This document shows positions 51,707 through 63,817 of a stretch of DNA of 64,000 nt, in pieces. Each line of letters begins with the position of its first letter. Within the stretch, counting starts at the first letter, position 1. The DNA lies in contig NC_068981.1 of assembly GCF_001194135.2 (NCBI RefSeq), forward strand, positions 190,399,392 to 190,463,391. Direction: 5' to 3'. A program made the translations under genes and the position numbers. The notes beneath the pieces were generated by a model, which was not told where the DNA came from, did no database searches, and saw only the letters and a list, made by a program, of their open reading frames with translations. Source of the stretch: Octopus bimaculoides. Its lineage: Eukaryota.

Positions 51707-52174
51707 ATGTATTATATGGATATATTATATATTATATGTATGTATGTATATAATTTTACTTAATAGAAATTTTACTGGGAACGTGGTGAGTAGTTTTATT
51801 ATGACTAATGGCTTCAGGCTAGCATATCATTCATTAATAGGTTTCTCAAACCAAACAGAAAACAATTAATAAAATGAATTATGAAGATATATTATTTATA
51901 AATAAATAATTAAGACCTAAAAAAAGTAAACTCTATTTGCATGCAATTTATGTATTTCAATATTCGTTATTGTTTGTGGTGTTTCAGTGTTTTAGAGAAT
52001 AGACAAAGTAGAAGCAGGGCTGGGTGGTTAAGAAGTTTGTCTCTCAACCGTGTGGTTCTGAGTTCGGTCCCACTGGTAAGTTTCTCCTGGGGCTCCAGAT
52101 CAACCATGTAAAGTCTGAGTGTGAATTTAGTTTGATAGAAACTTTACGGAACATGTGCATGCATGTAAGAACTA

Positions 52175-52339
52175 TCATCGTCGTCATCATCATCATCATC
52201 ATCATCATGATCTTCATCATCATCATCGTCATCATCGTCATCGTCATCATCACCATAATCATCATCTTCATCATAGTTGTCATCATCATTGTCACCGCCA
52301 TTATCAATGTCGTCGTCATCATCATCACCGTCATCATCG

Positions 52340-52371
<32 letters not shown>

Positions 52372-52745
52372 TTCATCATAGTTATCATCATCATCATCAT
52401 CATCGACATCATCATCATCATCATCGACATCATCATCATCACCATGATCATCATCATCTTCATCTTAGTTGTCATCATCAGTGTCATCATCATCACCAGC
52501 GTTATCATCGTCATCATCATTGTCGTCATTGTCATTATCGTTATAATCATTGTCATCACCGTCATCATCATAGATGTCGTCATCATTGTCATCACCTTCA
52601 TCATTGTCATTGTGATCATCATCGTTGTCATCATCATCATCATCATCATCACCATCATCATCCTTATAATTGTCGTCGTCATTGTCATCACTATCATCAT
52701 TGTCATTGTGATCGTCGTCATCATCACCATCGTCATCATCATAAT
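52175..52745. repeat. Degenerate (CAT)n array
   Basis: Direct reading. Confidence 0.95.
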
Positions 52746-53214
52746 TTAACATCTCTTTTACCAGCATAGAAAACAGACGTTAAATGATAATGATGATGAT
52801 GATGATGATGATGATTCCTAATTGCGACACACAACTATCAATATTGAGATGAAGGGAGAAGTTGGTAGCATTGACCCTATTACTTGACTGGTAGTTCATT
52901 TTATCGACCCCAGAGAAATGAAAAGCTAAGTTGACCCCGGTGGAATTTGAACCCCAAACATAAAGCAGTGGAAGAAGTGCCCCTAGGTCTTTTCTCTGAT
53001 GTTCTAATAACTTTGCCAATCAATTAACTTTTAATAATAAATGAATAATTAGGATTTTTAAGTGCATCTGCATGTATGTGTATGACTTTGTGTTTCTGTG
53101 TGTATACATGTGCGTGTGCACATGTATATGTGTGTGTTTATTTGCACTGACGTTTTATATGTATTTGTATAAAGATTTATCCATAGAAATGAGAATGAAC
53201 TCAAAACCATGTTG

Positions 53215-53293
53215 TTCGTCTCCATCATCATCCTCATGCTCATCATCATGCTCATCATCATCATCCTCATCATCATCATCATCATCATCATCC

Positions 53294-53336
<43 letters not shown>

Positions 53337-53620
53337 CATCATCATCATCATCCTCATCTTCATCATCATCATCACCATCCTCATCATCATCATCATCATC
53401 CTCATCTTCATCATCATCATCATCATCATCACCATCCTCATCATCATCATCATCATCCTCATCATCATCATCATCATCAGCATCCTCATCCTCATCATTC
53501 TCATCATCATCATCATCATCCTCATCATCATCATCATCCTCATCATCATCATCATCCTCATCATCAACATCATCATCATCATCATCATCATCATCATTAT
53601 CCTCATCATCATCATCATCC

Positions 53621-53657
<37 letters not shown>

Positions 53658-53692
53658 CCTCCTCATCATCATCATCATCCCCATCATCGTTA
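53215..53692. repeat. (CAT/CCT)n array continuous with a family C tail
   Basis: Runs into catcgttatttaatgtccacttctccatgc at about 53690. Confidence 0.95.
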
Positions 53693-54409
53693 TTTAATGT
53701 CCACTTCTCCATGCTTGCATGAATCAGATGAAATTTTTTTTTTTGAGGCAGATTCCCTATGGCTGGATGCCCTTCCTGTCACCAGCCCTCACCCGTTTCG
53801 ATCCAAGTCGTATAATGTCTCCCTCCACCCCGCCATTCCATGGCCAGACATATTTCACAAGACTGATGATGAAGCTTCACTTGCTTGCTCAGTAGTGACA
53901 CCTGCTTACAACAATCACATGTTGTCAAACACAAAGAGACAGTAACACGCACACACACACACCACAAACCCACACATTATCATCATCATTTTTAACATCT
54001 GTTTTCCATGCTGGCATGGGTTAGCCGATTTGATAGGAGCTGGCAAGCCAGAAGGTTATACAAGGCTCCATTGTCTGTTTTGGTATGGTTTGTGTTGTCC
54101 ATTGTCTGATTGGCCCTTCCTAGAGTCAACCACGTTACAGAGTGGACTGCATGTTTTTATGTGATGCCAATACAGGTGCTTTCATGTGGCACCACAACAG
54201 ACTTCTTTCTTTTATATGGCACCACAACAGGTTTCTTTTAGTTTTTCTCTACCAAATCAACTCACAAGGTTTTGGTTGGCCCAGGGCTATAGCAGAAGAC
54301 ACTTACCAAAGGTTCTACACTGAGCCCAAACCCATGTGCCTCAGAGGCAAATATCTTAATCACAAAGCAATGCCTGTACCTATTCTCTACTCCTGAGAAT
54401 CCATAGATC

Positions 54410-55070
54410 CATCCATCATCATCATCATTATCGCTTAACATCCGCTTTCCATGCTAGCATGGGTTGAACAATTTGACTGACTGGTGAACCGGATGGCTAC
54501 ACCAGACTCCAATCTGATCTGGCAGAGCTTCTACAGCTGGATGCCCTTCCTAATGCCAACCACTCCGAGAGTGTAGTGAATGCTTTTACGTGCCACCAGC
54601 ATGAAGGCCAGTCCGGCAGTACTGGCAATGGCCATGCTCAAAATGGTGTTTTTACATGCCACCTGCACAGGAGCCAGTCCAGTAGCACTGGCAACAACCT
54701 CGCTCAAATGTCTTTTCATGTGCCACCGGCACAAGTGCCAGGAAGGCGATGCTGCTAATGATCACGCTCAAATGGTGCTATTTACGCACAACTGACATGG
54801 AAGCCAGACAGCTGCTCTGGCTATGATCATGCTCGGACGGTGCTGTTAGTGATTTACTGGTGTAGATGCCAGCCATCAAATATGGTTCAATTACAATTTC
54901 GATTTCACTTGTCTTCGCATGCAGAGTTTAGTGTCCAATGAAGGAAAGATATGAATAAGTGAGCTCGCTACACCCCTGGCAGAGGCCACGGATTATGGTC
55001 TCAATTGGCTTGCCGAGTCTACTCATGCACTGCATATTTCCAAAGGTCCTGTTCACTATCTCGAGATATT
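54410..55070 (-). mobile_element. Longest family C copy: RTE-like ORF2 end, 3' UTR with subrepeats, (GAT)n tail
   Basis: Minus strand reads RDSEQDLWKYAVHE*TRQAN* near 55000-55070, continuous with the family C body. A similar ORF end lies at 57950-58050 (LGITEAMAKD*DLWRYAVTDKT). Confidence 0.8.
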
Positions 55071-55772
55071 GATCTGAGGATCACATCCAACCAAACGAAT
55101 TGCTGTGAAGTCTTGAATTGACTTCACACCTCAGCAACAGCAGCAAAAACAAAGTCTCTGTGTGATCGTTTGTCATGCAAGAAATAGGAAGCAAATATCC
55201 CTCAGCTCACCCCCTACAATGCTTTTTCACTTTGCAACACTTCAAAGAAATATTAAAAAATTACTGGCACATCCTGAATGGATACTTTAACACCATATTT
55301 CTGTGAAAATATTCCACCTTCGCTTCAATTAATTTTTAAACAAGGTAGAATGAAGTAAAATAACTATTTTTTTTATTAAACTGGTGTTTGGGACATAAAT
55401 TATCATGAAAATTTGATGGAATGTTTTAATTTAGATCACTTTAAAACTGAAAGTTTGCAGAATGGAACAAGAATTATAGGTTCCAAGCCAGTTTAACTTA
55501 TTTATTACAATATTTCTGTTAAAATAAAGTATTTATTTCAATTAATCTTGAAAAAAACAATCAAGCATTTCATGAAATAATTTTGTCGTTATTAAGCTGA
55601 TATTTGGAACATAAATTAACATGAAATTTTGATCACTTTAAAACAGAATTTTTAATTTCTCTCACTTTCAAACAAAAGTTTATACCATAGAATTAAGGAT
55701 GGAATCCAATGGGTTAGTATAAAAAGGGCTAAAGTAAAAATTTACAGGAAAACACACAAAAATATTGCTTAC

Positions 55773-55809
55773 TTGACGTTTTTCAAGATGGCCGACTGCT
55801 TTATGAAAC
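55773..55809 (-). CDS. Candidate 37-nt exon (or first/UTR exon) containing a YY1-like motif
   Basis: Donor CAA|gtaagc, acceptor gatttaag|G; reads FHKAVGHLEKRQ. Plus strand carries aagatggccg (YY1-like AAGATGGC). Confidence 0.3.
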
Positions 55810-58800
55810 CTTAAATCATAATCCTATTGTTTTATCGTTTATTATTTTCTTGTTTATGTCATTCAACTGAGGCCATGCTGGGGCACTGCTTTGCAGAATT
55901 TTAGTCAAATGAATTGACCCCAGGACTTATTTATCTTTTAAAGGCAGGTACTTCTTCTATTGGTCTCTTTAGTTGAACCCCTAAATTACAGGGATGTAAA
56001 CACACCAACACCGGTTGTGAAACGGTGGTGGGGGACAAACACACACACAAAGACACAACACATCTTCATCATCATCATTTAATGTCTGTTGTCCATGCTG
56101 GCATGGGTTGCACAGTTTGACCAGGGCTGACAAGCTGGAAGGCATGGTTTCTGATGGCTGGATGCCCTTCCTAACACCAACTATTCTGAGAGTATAATAG
56201 GTGCTTTTACATGCCACCGGCATGGGTGCCATTTGCATGACACCAATATCTGCCACAACTGCGATTATGATCAGCTTGATGGATCTTCTTCTAAGGCACA
56301 ACATAATGCCAAAGATCTCAGTCATTGCCTCCGTGAGGCCCCAACATTCAAAAGGAACTCAGCCACTTTGCCTGTGTCTATATACAACAGACTTCTTTCA
56401 CTTTCTGTCCACCAAATTCACTTTCAGGTTTCGGTTGGTTCAAGACTACAGTAGAACACACCTGTGCAAGGAGCCACACAGAGAGACTGAACCCAAAACC
56501 ATGTGGTTGAGAAGCAAGCTTCTTACCACACAACCACACTTGTGCCTACAAATATCTTAGCATCTCTTTTCAGTTCTTATCTGAAATATTCTTGTTTGCC
56601 AGAGCAGTTGTCTGACTTCCATGCTAGTGGCATGTAAATAGCACCATTTGAGCGTGATCGTTAACAGCGTCATCTTACTGGCACTTGTGCCGGTGGCACG
56701 TTAGAAAATCATTCAAGTCAGGTCGTTGCCAGTGCCGCTGGACTGGCTCCTGTGCAGGGGGCACGTAAAAAACACCATTTTGAGCGTAGCCATTGCCAGT
56801 ACCGCGTGACTGGCCCTTGTGCCGGTGGCATGTAAAAGCACCCACTACCCTCTCGGAGTGGTTGGAAAGGCATCCAGCTGTAGAAACTCTGCCAGATCAG
56901 ACTGGAGCCTGGTGCAGCCATATGGTTCACCAGTCCTCAGTCCAATCGTCCAACCCATGCTAGCATGGAAAGCGGACGTTAAACGATGATGATGATGATG
57001 ATGATGATGATGAATAAAGCCTTGACTGATGCGTTATTGACCCTAGAATGATAAAAAGTTAGCTTGACCTCAATGGGACTTGAAAGTTGAAACATAGGAA
57101 CATGGTTAGACACCAAGTAATGCAGTATCTGGTGTACGTCTTCATAGAAATACATTATTCATAGAAAAAATTCAAAGAGTCAGATGGAATATGTAGATTT
57201 AAATTGGATTTTAAATATTGGAAAATATAATTAATCGTGCTGCAACTGTATCATTGTGAGGTTGAAGCCCTAAGGAGATGAAGCATGTAAGCTTGACAAA
57301 CAAAATACCTCGTGTTCTCTGTTGGGCTTTCATGACAGAAATACATTGCAGCATATTAAATATGTTTTATAATACAAAATTAATTCATGTATTAGCTATA
57401 TACTGCATATCGTTTTTTTGCTTTTGTATATGTGCGTGTCAGATGAAGGTACATGGCCTAGTGGTTAGTGTATTGCACTAACAATTGCTAGGTCATGGGT
57501 TCATTGCCACATTGTGTTCTTGAGCAAAACATTTCATTTCACATTGCTCAGTCCACTCAGGTGTAAATGGGTCACCTTGTGGTGGATTAGCCTTCCAATC
57601 AGGGGGAATGTTTCCCTGCTCCCTTGGCCAGCAGGGTGGCATCATTCAAAAGGTAAAACATTGTGACCAGCAATGTATGACAACCTACAATAATCTGGTT
57701 GATACCATGATACCGTAACATGTGCCAGACACAATGATGAATGTGTGACATGTATCCCATTAATAATAGAATCCATGTGGCAACAAAAGGACTCTCTCTC
57801 GGAGGGAAAGGTAGATTGTATGATGCTTGTGTACAAATGGCTATACTCCATGGTAGTGAAACATGGGCTCTGAATGTCACCCTACAATCCAAGGTACTTT
57901 TGAGTGGGCTGGTTATGTGACACTGGTGCAGGTTACAGCTGTGATCTCACTTTATTTGTTAGGTCTTATCAGTCACAGCATATCTCCAGAGGTCTTAGTC
58001 TTTTGCCATTGCCTCTGTGATGCCCAATATTCAAAGGTCATGTGATAATTGTAAATGAGCATCACCCTCATACAAGCAGTGTCATTTGTGTCCAATATTC
58101 CATGAAAACTTATTTGGTCATTGGGAACTAATACCTTGCTTGAAAATAAGTGAAATTTGGCAGCAGGAAAAGCATCATGCTATAGAAAATGTGCTTCAGT
58201 AAAAACTCCATGAGACCCATGGAAACATGGACATGTAAATGGTAAACGATGATGAGGGTAGAGGTGACCCCAAGAAAATGTAAAATAGGTCTGACTTGCA
58301 TGAGATTTAAACTCAAAATGTTGAGAGCTGGAACTAAATACCAAGACATACTTAGTCTGATGCTCTAATGGTTCAACCATTCCACTTTGAAATGCATGAT
58401 CTAAAAATTACCAAGTAAAAATGGTTAATTTTATTGAAACGCTGGAGTTGACAAAATAGCAGAAACACATGAATGGATCCTTCTGGGCTTCCATAATTGA
58501 TGATATGACAAATGAGAAGTTTACAAAAAAATGAGTGTTTATAGCATTGCCTGTAAGGAAGATAATGATTGCACTAAATAATTCCATACATTATTTGATA
58601 GATAGGAAGTTTAAACAGGATATGCATGATGTGTGTTGTGAAAGGGTTTGTTAATATCAAATATAACCATTGTTTGTGACAGACTCCAAGAGCTAGAGGC
58701 AATTTCTTCCATCATAAAGGAAATTTCCTGTAAATCTAGCATTTCAGAACTATGATTTAGCTGCAGATATCTCTGTGTTGTTAGGAAGTTTGCTTTGCAA

Positions 58801-59259
58801 TTAAATGGCTTCAGGTTCAATCCTACAACATGTCACTTTGAGTAAATATAGCCTAGAATCAGTCAGATTCTAATGAATGAAACTTCCTTGTTGGTAACAG
58901 AATGGAAGCTTGTCATTGGAAACTTCCCGATTATTTGTTCATCATCATTATCATCGTCATTTAATGTCTGTTTTCCATGCTGGCATGAATTGGATGGTCT
59001 GACAGGAGATGGTGAGCTGGAGAGCTGCACCGAGCTCCAACTGTTTGTCTTGGCATGGTTTCTATGGCTGGTTGCCCTTCCTAATGTCAACCACTTAGCA
59101 TAGTGTACTGGGTGCTTTTTATGCGGCGCCAGCATGGATGTTCTATATGAGGTGCTGGCACAAGTGCTTTTAACATGGTGCCACCAGAACAAGTGCTTTT
59201 TATATGGCACTGACATCAGTGCTTTCTACGTAGTGCTGGCATCAGTGCTTTCTACGTAC

Positions 59260-59405
59260 AAGCGAGTACGAGTTCTCCTTGAACACTTGTAAGCTGATGA
59301 TTGCTGCAGAAACGTGGTCAGGGATAAAAATGTCAAAAAAACTAACATTCTTGGGATAATGAACTGGACATGGTGTTTTATGTAAGGCTTGAGACTGGAC
59401 AATCT
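59260..59405 (-). CDS. Candidate exon encoding a signal-peptide-like or transmembrane segment
   Basis: Acceptor ccttcattcatgctccag|A; ATG at 59348 gives MLVFLTFLSLTTFLQQSSAYKCSRRTRTR. Donor TT|gtacgt lies at a SINE edge. Confidence 0.3.
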
Positions 59406-60005
59406 CTGGAGCATGAATGAAGGATCAATGAGGGAATCAATAATACCCGAGTAGAGGTGGCATGAAATGAGTTAATTCTGAGTGATATCAGCTGCTGTAG
59501 TTAGCTCTGAATAAAAGGAGAAGAATGAAAAGACAGCACTCTCATGTCCCAAAGAAGTGTACTGGGTAGTGAATTCCTACTAATTAGTCAAGTGCTTCAG
59601 AGTAGAACTGGAAGAATATTAATTAGCAAAACTACAGGTCACAGTAGTAGGTTTACCGTTATTGGAACTAATCTGCATTGAGCATTCAGTAGAAATAAAA
59701 ATATAAATCTATGAATTTCAGTTGAGATGAGATTGGCAAAAGACCAGAACACATGACTTCAAATGCTAATAGAGGATGTTTTATTGGTTGTACACTGTAT
59801 AAAAGCTGCTTTTAATCTTTCTAATAATCTCCTTATAGCGATGGCAGTAAATAATTGTCAAGTCAATAATTTCTTCACTTTCAAAGCCTTTTTTACTTTT
59901 TTTACTTACTTGCACAATGATGTATTTCTTGCTGGTTTCTGACTTTTGAAGTACAGGTGTAAAATGGCATCTGACCAAAATATATTGCGTTTTACTATCT
60001 CAGTA

Positions 60006-60360
60006 ATATCTACACAGTGTGTGTATATAATCTACTATCACAGAGGTATCTACACACTGTGTGTATATAGTCTACTATCACAGAGATATCTACACACTGT
60101 GTGTATATAGTCTACTATCACAGAGATATCTTCACAGTGTGTGTATATAGTCTACTATTACAGAAATATCTCCACAGTATATGTATATAGTCTATTATCA
60201 CCAAGATATCTACACAGTGTGTGTATATAGTCTACTATCACCGAGATATCTACATAGTGCGTGTATATAGTCTACTATCACAGAGATATTTACACAGTGT
60301 GTGTATATAGTCTACTATCACAGAGATGTCTACACAATGTGTGTATATAGTCCACTGTCT
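60006..60360. repeat. Minisatellite, ~9 copies of a 40-bp unit
   Basis: Unit tatctacacagtgtgtgtatatagtctactatcacagaga, with no spacers. Confidence 0.95.
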
Positions 60361-60389
60361 CAGTTATATAGTCCATTATTTCAGCTATG

Positions 60390-60705
60390 CGAAGGTGCTT
60401 TGGGTATTCCACTCACAATCGTAGGGTTGTGAGTTCGATTCCCAGTGACACATTGTGTCCTTGAGCAAGACACTCTATTTCACATTGCTCCAGTCCTCCC
60501 AGCTGGCAAAATGAGTAGTACTTGTGTTTTAAAGGGCCAACCTTGTCACATTCTGTGTCACTCCGAATCTCCCTGAGAGCTACGTTAAGTGAGTACACAT
60601 GTCTCTGGAATACTCAGCCACTTGCACATTAATTTCATGAGCATGCTATTCCATTGATCAGATCAACAAGAACTCCTGTCATCGTAACCGACGGAGTGCC
60701 AGTGT
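60390..60705 (+). mobile_element. Family D SINE (long form)
   Basis: B-box gagttcgattcc, ttgtgtccttgagcaagacact..cacattgctccagtcc, tail tcatcgtaaccgacggagtgcc. Confidence 0.8.
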
Positions 60706-61921
60706 GTCAGGCATCCGCAATATTTGTCATCCATGTATCTTTGTTTCTTTTGCATCTTTTACTGGTTTCATCAGTAATGCTTACTCCAATGTAGGTGGAG
60801 AAGCTAAATTGTATTTTATATGTATGTATGTATGTATGTATGCATGTATGTATGTATGTACAGAGAGAGAAAGAGAGAGGGAGAGAGAGAGAGAGGTGCA
60901 GTGGAAGTCATTTATTGAGATCATAATAATAATTTGATGACAGTATATGTGATTATAGTAAAACGTTTTGACAGTATACAAAGGCACAAACACACATACA
61001 CACACATGCATACACACATATACACGTGCATACCTACCTACATACATACATACATACATGTATGTATAAAATACACACACATAGGTGAAGAAAATATATA
61101 AATTTGAAGAAAGGATGTGGTCAAAGGAGACAAGAATTCTATACATATGTATATATATATATATANNNNNNNNNNNNNNNNNNNNNNNNNNNNNNNNNNN
61201 NNNNNNNNNNNNNNNNNNNNNNNNNNNNNNNNNNNNNNNNNNNNNNNNNNNNNNNNNNNNNNNNNNNNNNNNNNNNNNNNNNNNNNNNNNNNNNNNNNNN
61301 NNNNNNNNNNNNNNNNNNNNNNNNNNNNNNNNNNNNNNNNNNNNNNNNNNNNNNNNNNNNNNNNNNNNNNNNNNNNNNNNNNNNNNNNNNNNNNNNNNNN
61401 NNNNNNNNNNNNNNNNNNNNNNNNNNNNNNNNNNNNNNNNNNNNNNNNNNNNNNNNNNNNNNNNNNNNNNNNNNNNNNNNNNNNNNNNNNNNNNNNNNNN
61501 NNNNNNNNNNNNNNNNNNNNNNNNNNNNNNNNNNNNNNNNNNNNNNNNNNNNNNNNNNNNNNNNNNNNNNNNNNNNNNNNNNNNNNNNNNNNNNNNNNNN
61601 NNNNNNNNNNNNNNNNNNNNNNNNNNNNNNNNNNNNNNNNNNNNNNNNNNNNNNNNNNNNNNNNNNNNNNNNNNNNNNNNNNNNNNNNNNNNNNNNNNNN
61701 NNNNNNNNNNNNTATGTATGCATATATATATAGAATATATATATATATATGGGAGAATATACAAAAAATAACAACAGACGAGGACAGGTGGTGTAAATAA
61801 CAAAAGTATATATATATATACACATACACACACACATGAATATATGTATGTAGTCACACACAAACACAAACAAACATACACACATATTCATAAAGAGATC
61901 GTTTCCTTTTTGCCGTTCTAG

Positions 61922-61999
61922 AGACAACTTCCTCTTTCCACAAGTCGTCGTCTGCTAGAAATTATCCCAACATTGTTTCTTCGGCAAATGTTTCTTACG
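61922..61999 (+). CDS. Candidate 78-nt symmetric exon (Ser/Thr-rich); strand ambiguous
   Basis: Acceptor gtttcctttttgccgttctag|A, donor ACG|gtgaac; reads TTSSFHKSSSARNYPNIVSSANVSY. CpG-containing. The opposite strand also has open frames. Confidence 0.3.
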
Positions 62000-62247
62000 G
62001 TGAACACAAGAAAGGAAACGGTTCTCGCAGCCAATACGTGTGTGCGTGTCTGTCTGTGTGTCTGTGTGTGTGTGTACTCTGAGTTGCATTCTCCCTCCAT
62101 ACACACACGCACGCACAAAGTCACAGACAAATCTTTTCTTTAACATGGCTGTGTAATAGTTGAACATTCTTTAGGTCAGTCTCCATATCCCCAGCACCAT
62201 CTGTGAATGGCCATATCACTGAATGTGTGTCTGCATGTATTCTTACT

Positions 62248-62287
<40 letters not shown>

Positions 62288-62685
62288 CAGTAGTAGAAGT
62301 GGCGGTCGTAGTGATTATTCTCATTCTAAGCAAAAAATCACATAATGGCAAAACTCAAAATCAAATTGCAGTTACCATGTATACACACACACACACACAC
62401 ATATACATATATACATATGTATGCACACACACATGCACATGCACTCACACAGGCACATGCAAACACACATACACACAAACGCATGCATGCACACACACAC
62501 ACACACATATATATATACATATGTATATGTATGCACACACGCACAGGCACACATACATATATACACATATACATATATATTTTTTATATGCACACAGGCA
62601 CACGCACGCACACGCACACACATGCATACACACACACACGCACATACACATATACATATGTATATATATATATGTGTAGGAGGCG

Positions 62686-63155
62686 TAGGAGTGGCTGTGG
62701 TAAGTAGCTTGCTTACAAACCAGATGGTCCTGGGTTCAGTCCCAGAACCAGGTGGCACCTTGGGCAAGTGGCACCTTGGGCAAGTGGCACCTTGGGCAAG
62801 TGGCACCTTGGGCAAGTGGCACCTTGGGCAAGTGTCTTCTACTATAGCCTCCGGCCGACCAAAGCCTTGTGAGTGAATTTGGTAAGCGGAAACTGAAAGA
62901 AGCCCGTATTATATATGTATATATATGTATGTGTGTGTATATGTTTGTGCATCTGTGTTTGTCCCCCCAACATCACTTGACAACCGATGCTGGTGTGTTT
63001 ACGTCTCCGTAACTTAGCGGTTTGGCAAATGAGACCGATAGAATAGGTACTAGGCTTACAAAGAATAAGTCCTAGAGTCGATTTGCTTGACTAAAGGCAG
63101 TGCTCCAGCATGGCCACAGACAAATGACTGAAACAAGTAAATGAGTAAAAGAGTA
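62686..63155 (+). mobile_element. Full family B SINE with the 16-bp gtggcaccttgggcaa motif amplified five times (62752-62831)
   Basis: Direct reading. Confidence 0.9.
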
Positions 63156-63394
63156 AAAGAGATATATGCACACGCACATGCACACCTGCACACACACACA
63201 CACATACATATATATACATATATATACATATATATACATATATATATAGTCATTATGAGGATATATAAAACTCTTACAGGGAGAGTTTCATCCAAGATAC
63301 ACTGGTTTAATATATAATATTTTGAAGATATAATTCTTCAATAAATATATTATACAAATATAAAATATTATTAAGTAAGAAAATGGAGAGATTT

Positions 63395-63770
63395 AATGGA
63401 TATAAATTAATTTTTAATTTATTAACATTGCCTTGCCTACAATCGTTTCAATTTCCACTCAATACAAATTACAAGATATATATCAATTGAACTGAATTGA
63501 AACCAGTTTCAGTTCATGAGCTGTGGCCATGCTGGGACACTGCCACTATACATAATAAAATATTTTTGCATTTTTGGAGATTTTTGAGTGAAATATCTTC
63601 AGGGCAAAAAGGACATTACAGAATTTACATGGGAATCAGTTGAGGTACTCTAGCACTCGAAATCTTAAAAAATGCAAAATCATTTTATTATATATATATT
63701 GTAATTTGTATTGAGTGTAAATTGAAATGATTGTAGGCAATGTTAATTAATTAAAAATAAATTTATATTC
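63395..63770. mobile_element. AT-rich foldback element with long inverted arms
   Basis: attaacattgcc..tacaatc.tttcaattt.cactcaatacaaattacaa pairs with ttgtaatttgtattgagtg.aaattgaaa.gattgtaggcaatgttaat. An inner pair lies at about 63552-63590 and 63654-63690. Confidence 0.8.
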
Positions 63771-63817
63771 ATTATATATTCAAATGAAAGACAGAAAAAG
63801 GAATATACAAGAATATA

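Noticed and set aside
60006-60360. CRISPR-like regular repeat
   Set aside because: Units are contiguous with no unique spacers, there are no cas genes, and the context is eukaryotic.
16438-61927. Long ORFs containing X runs
   Set aside because: Artefacts of reading through N-gaps.
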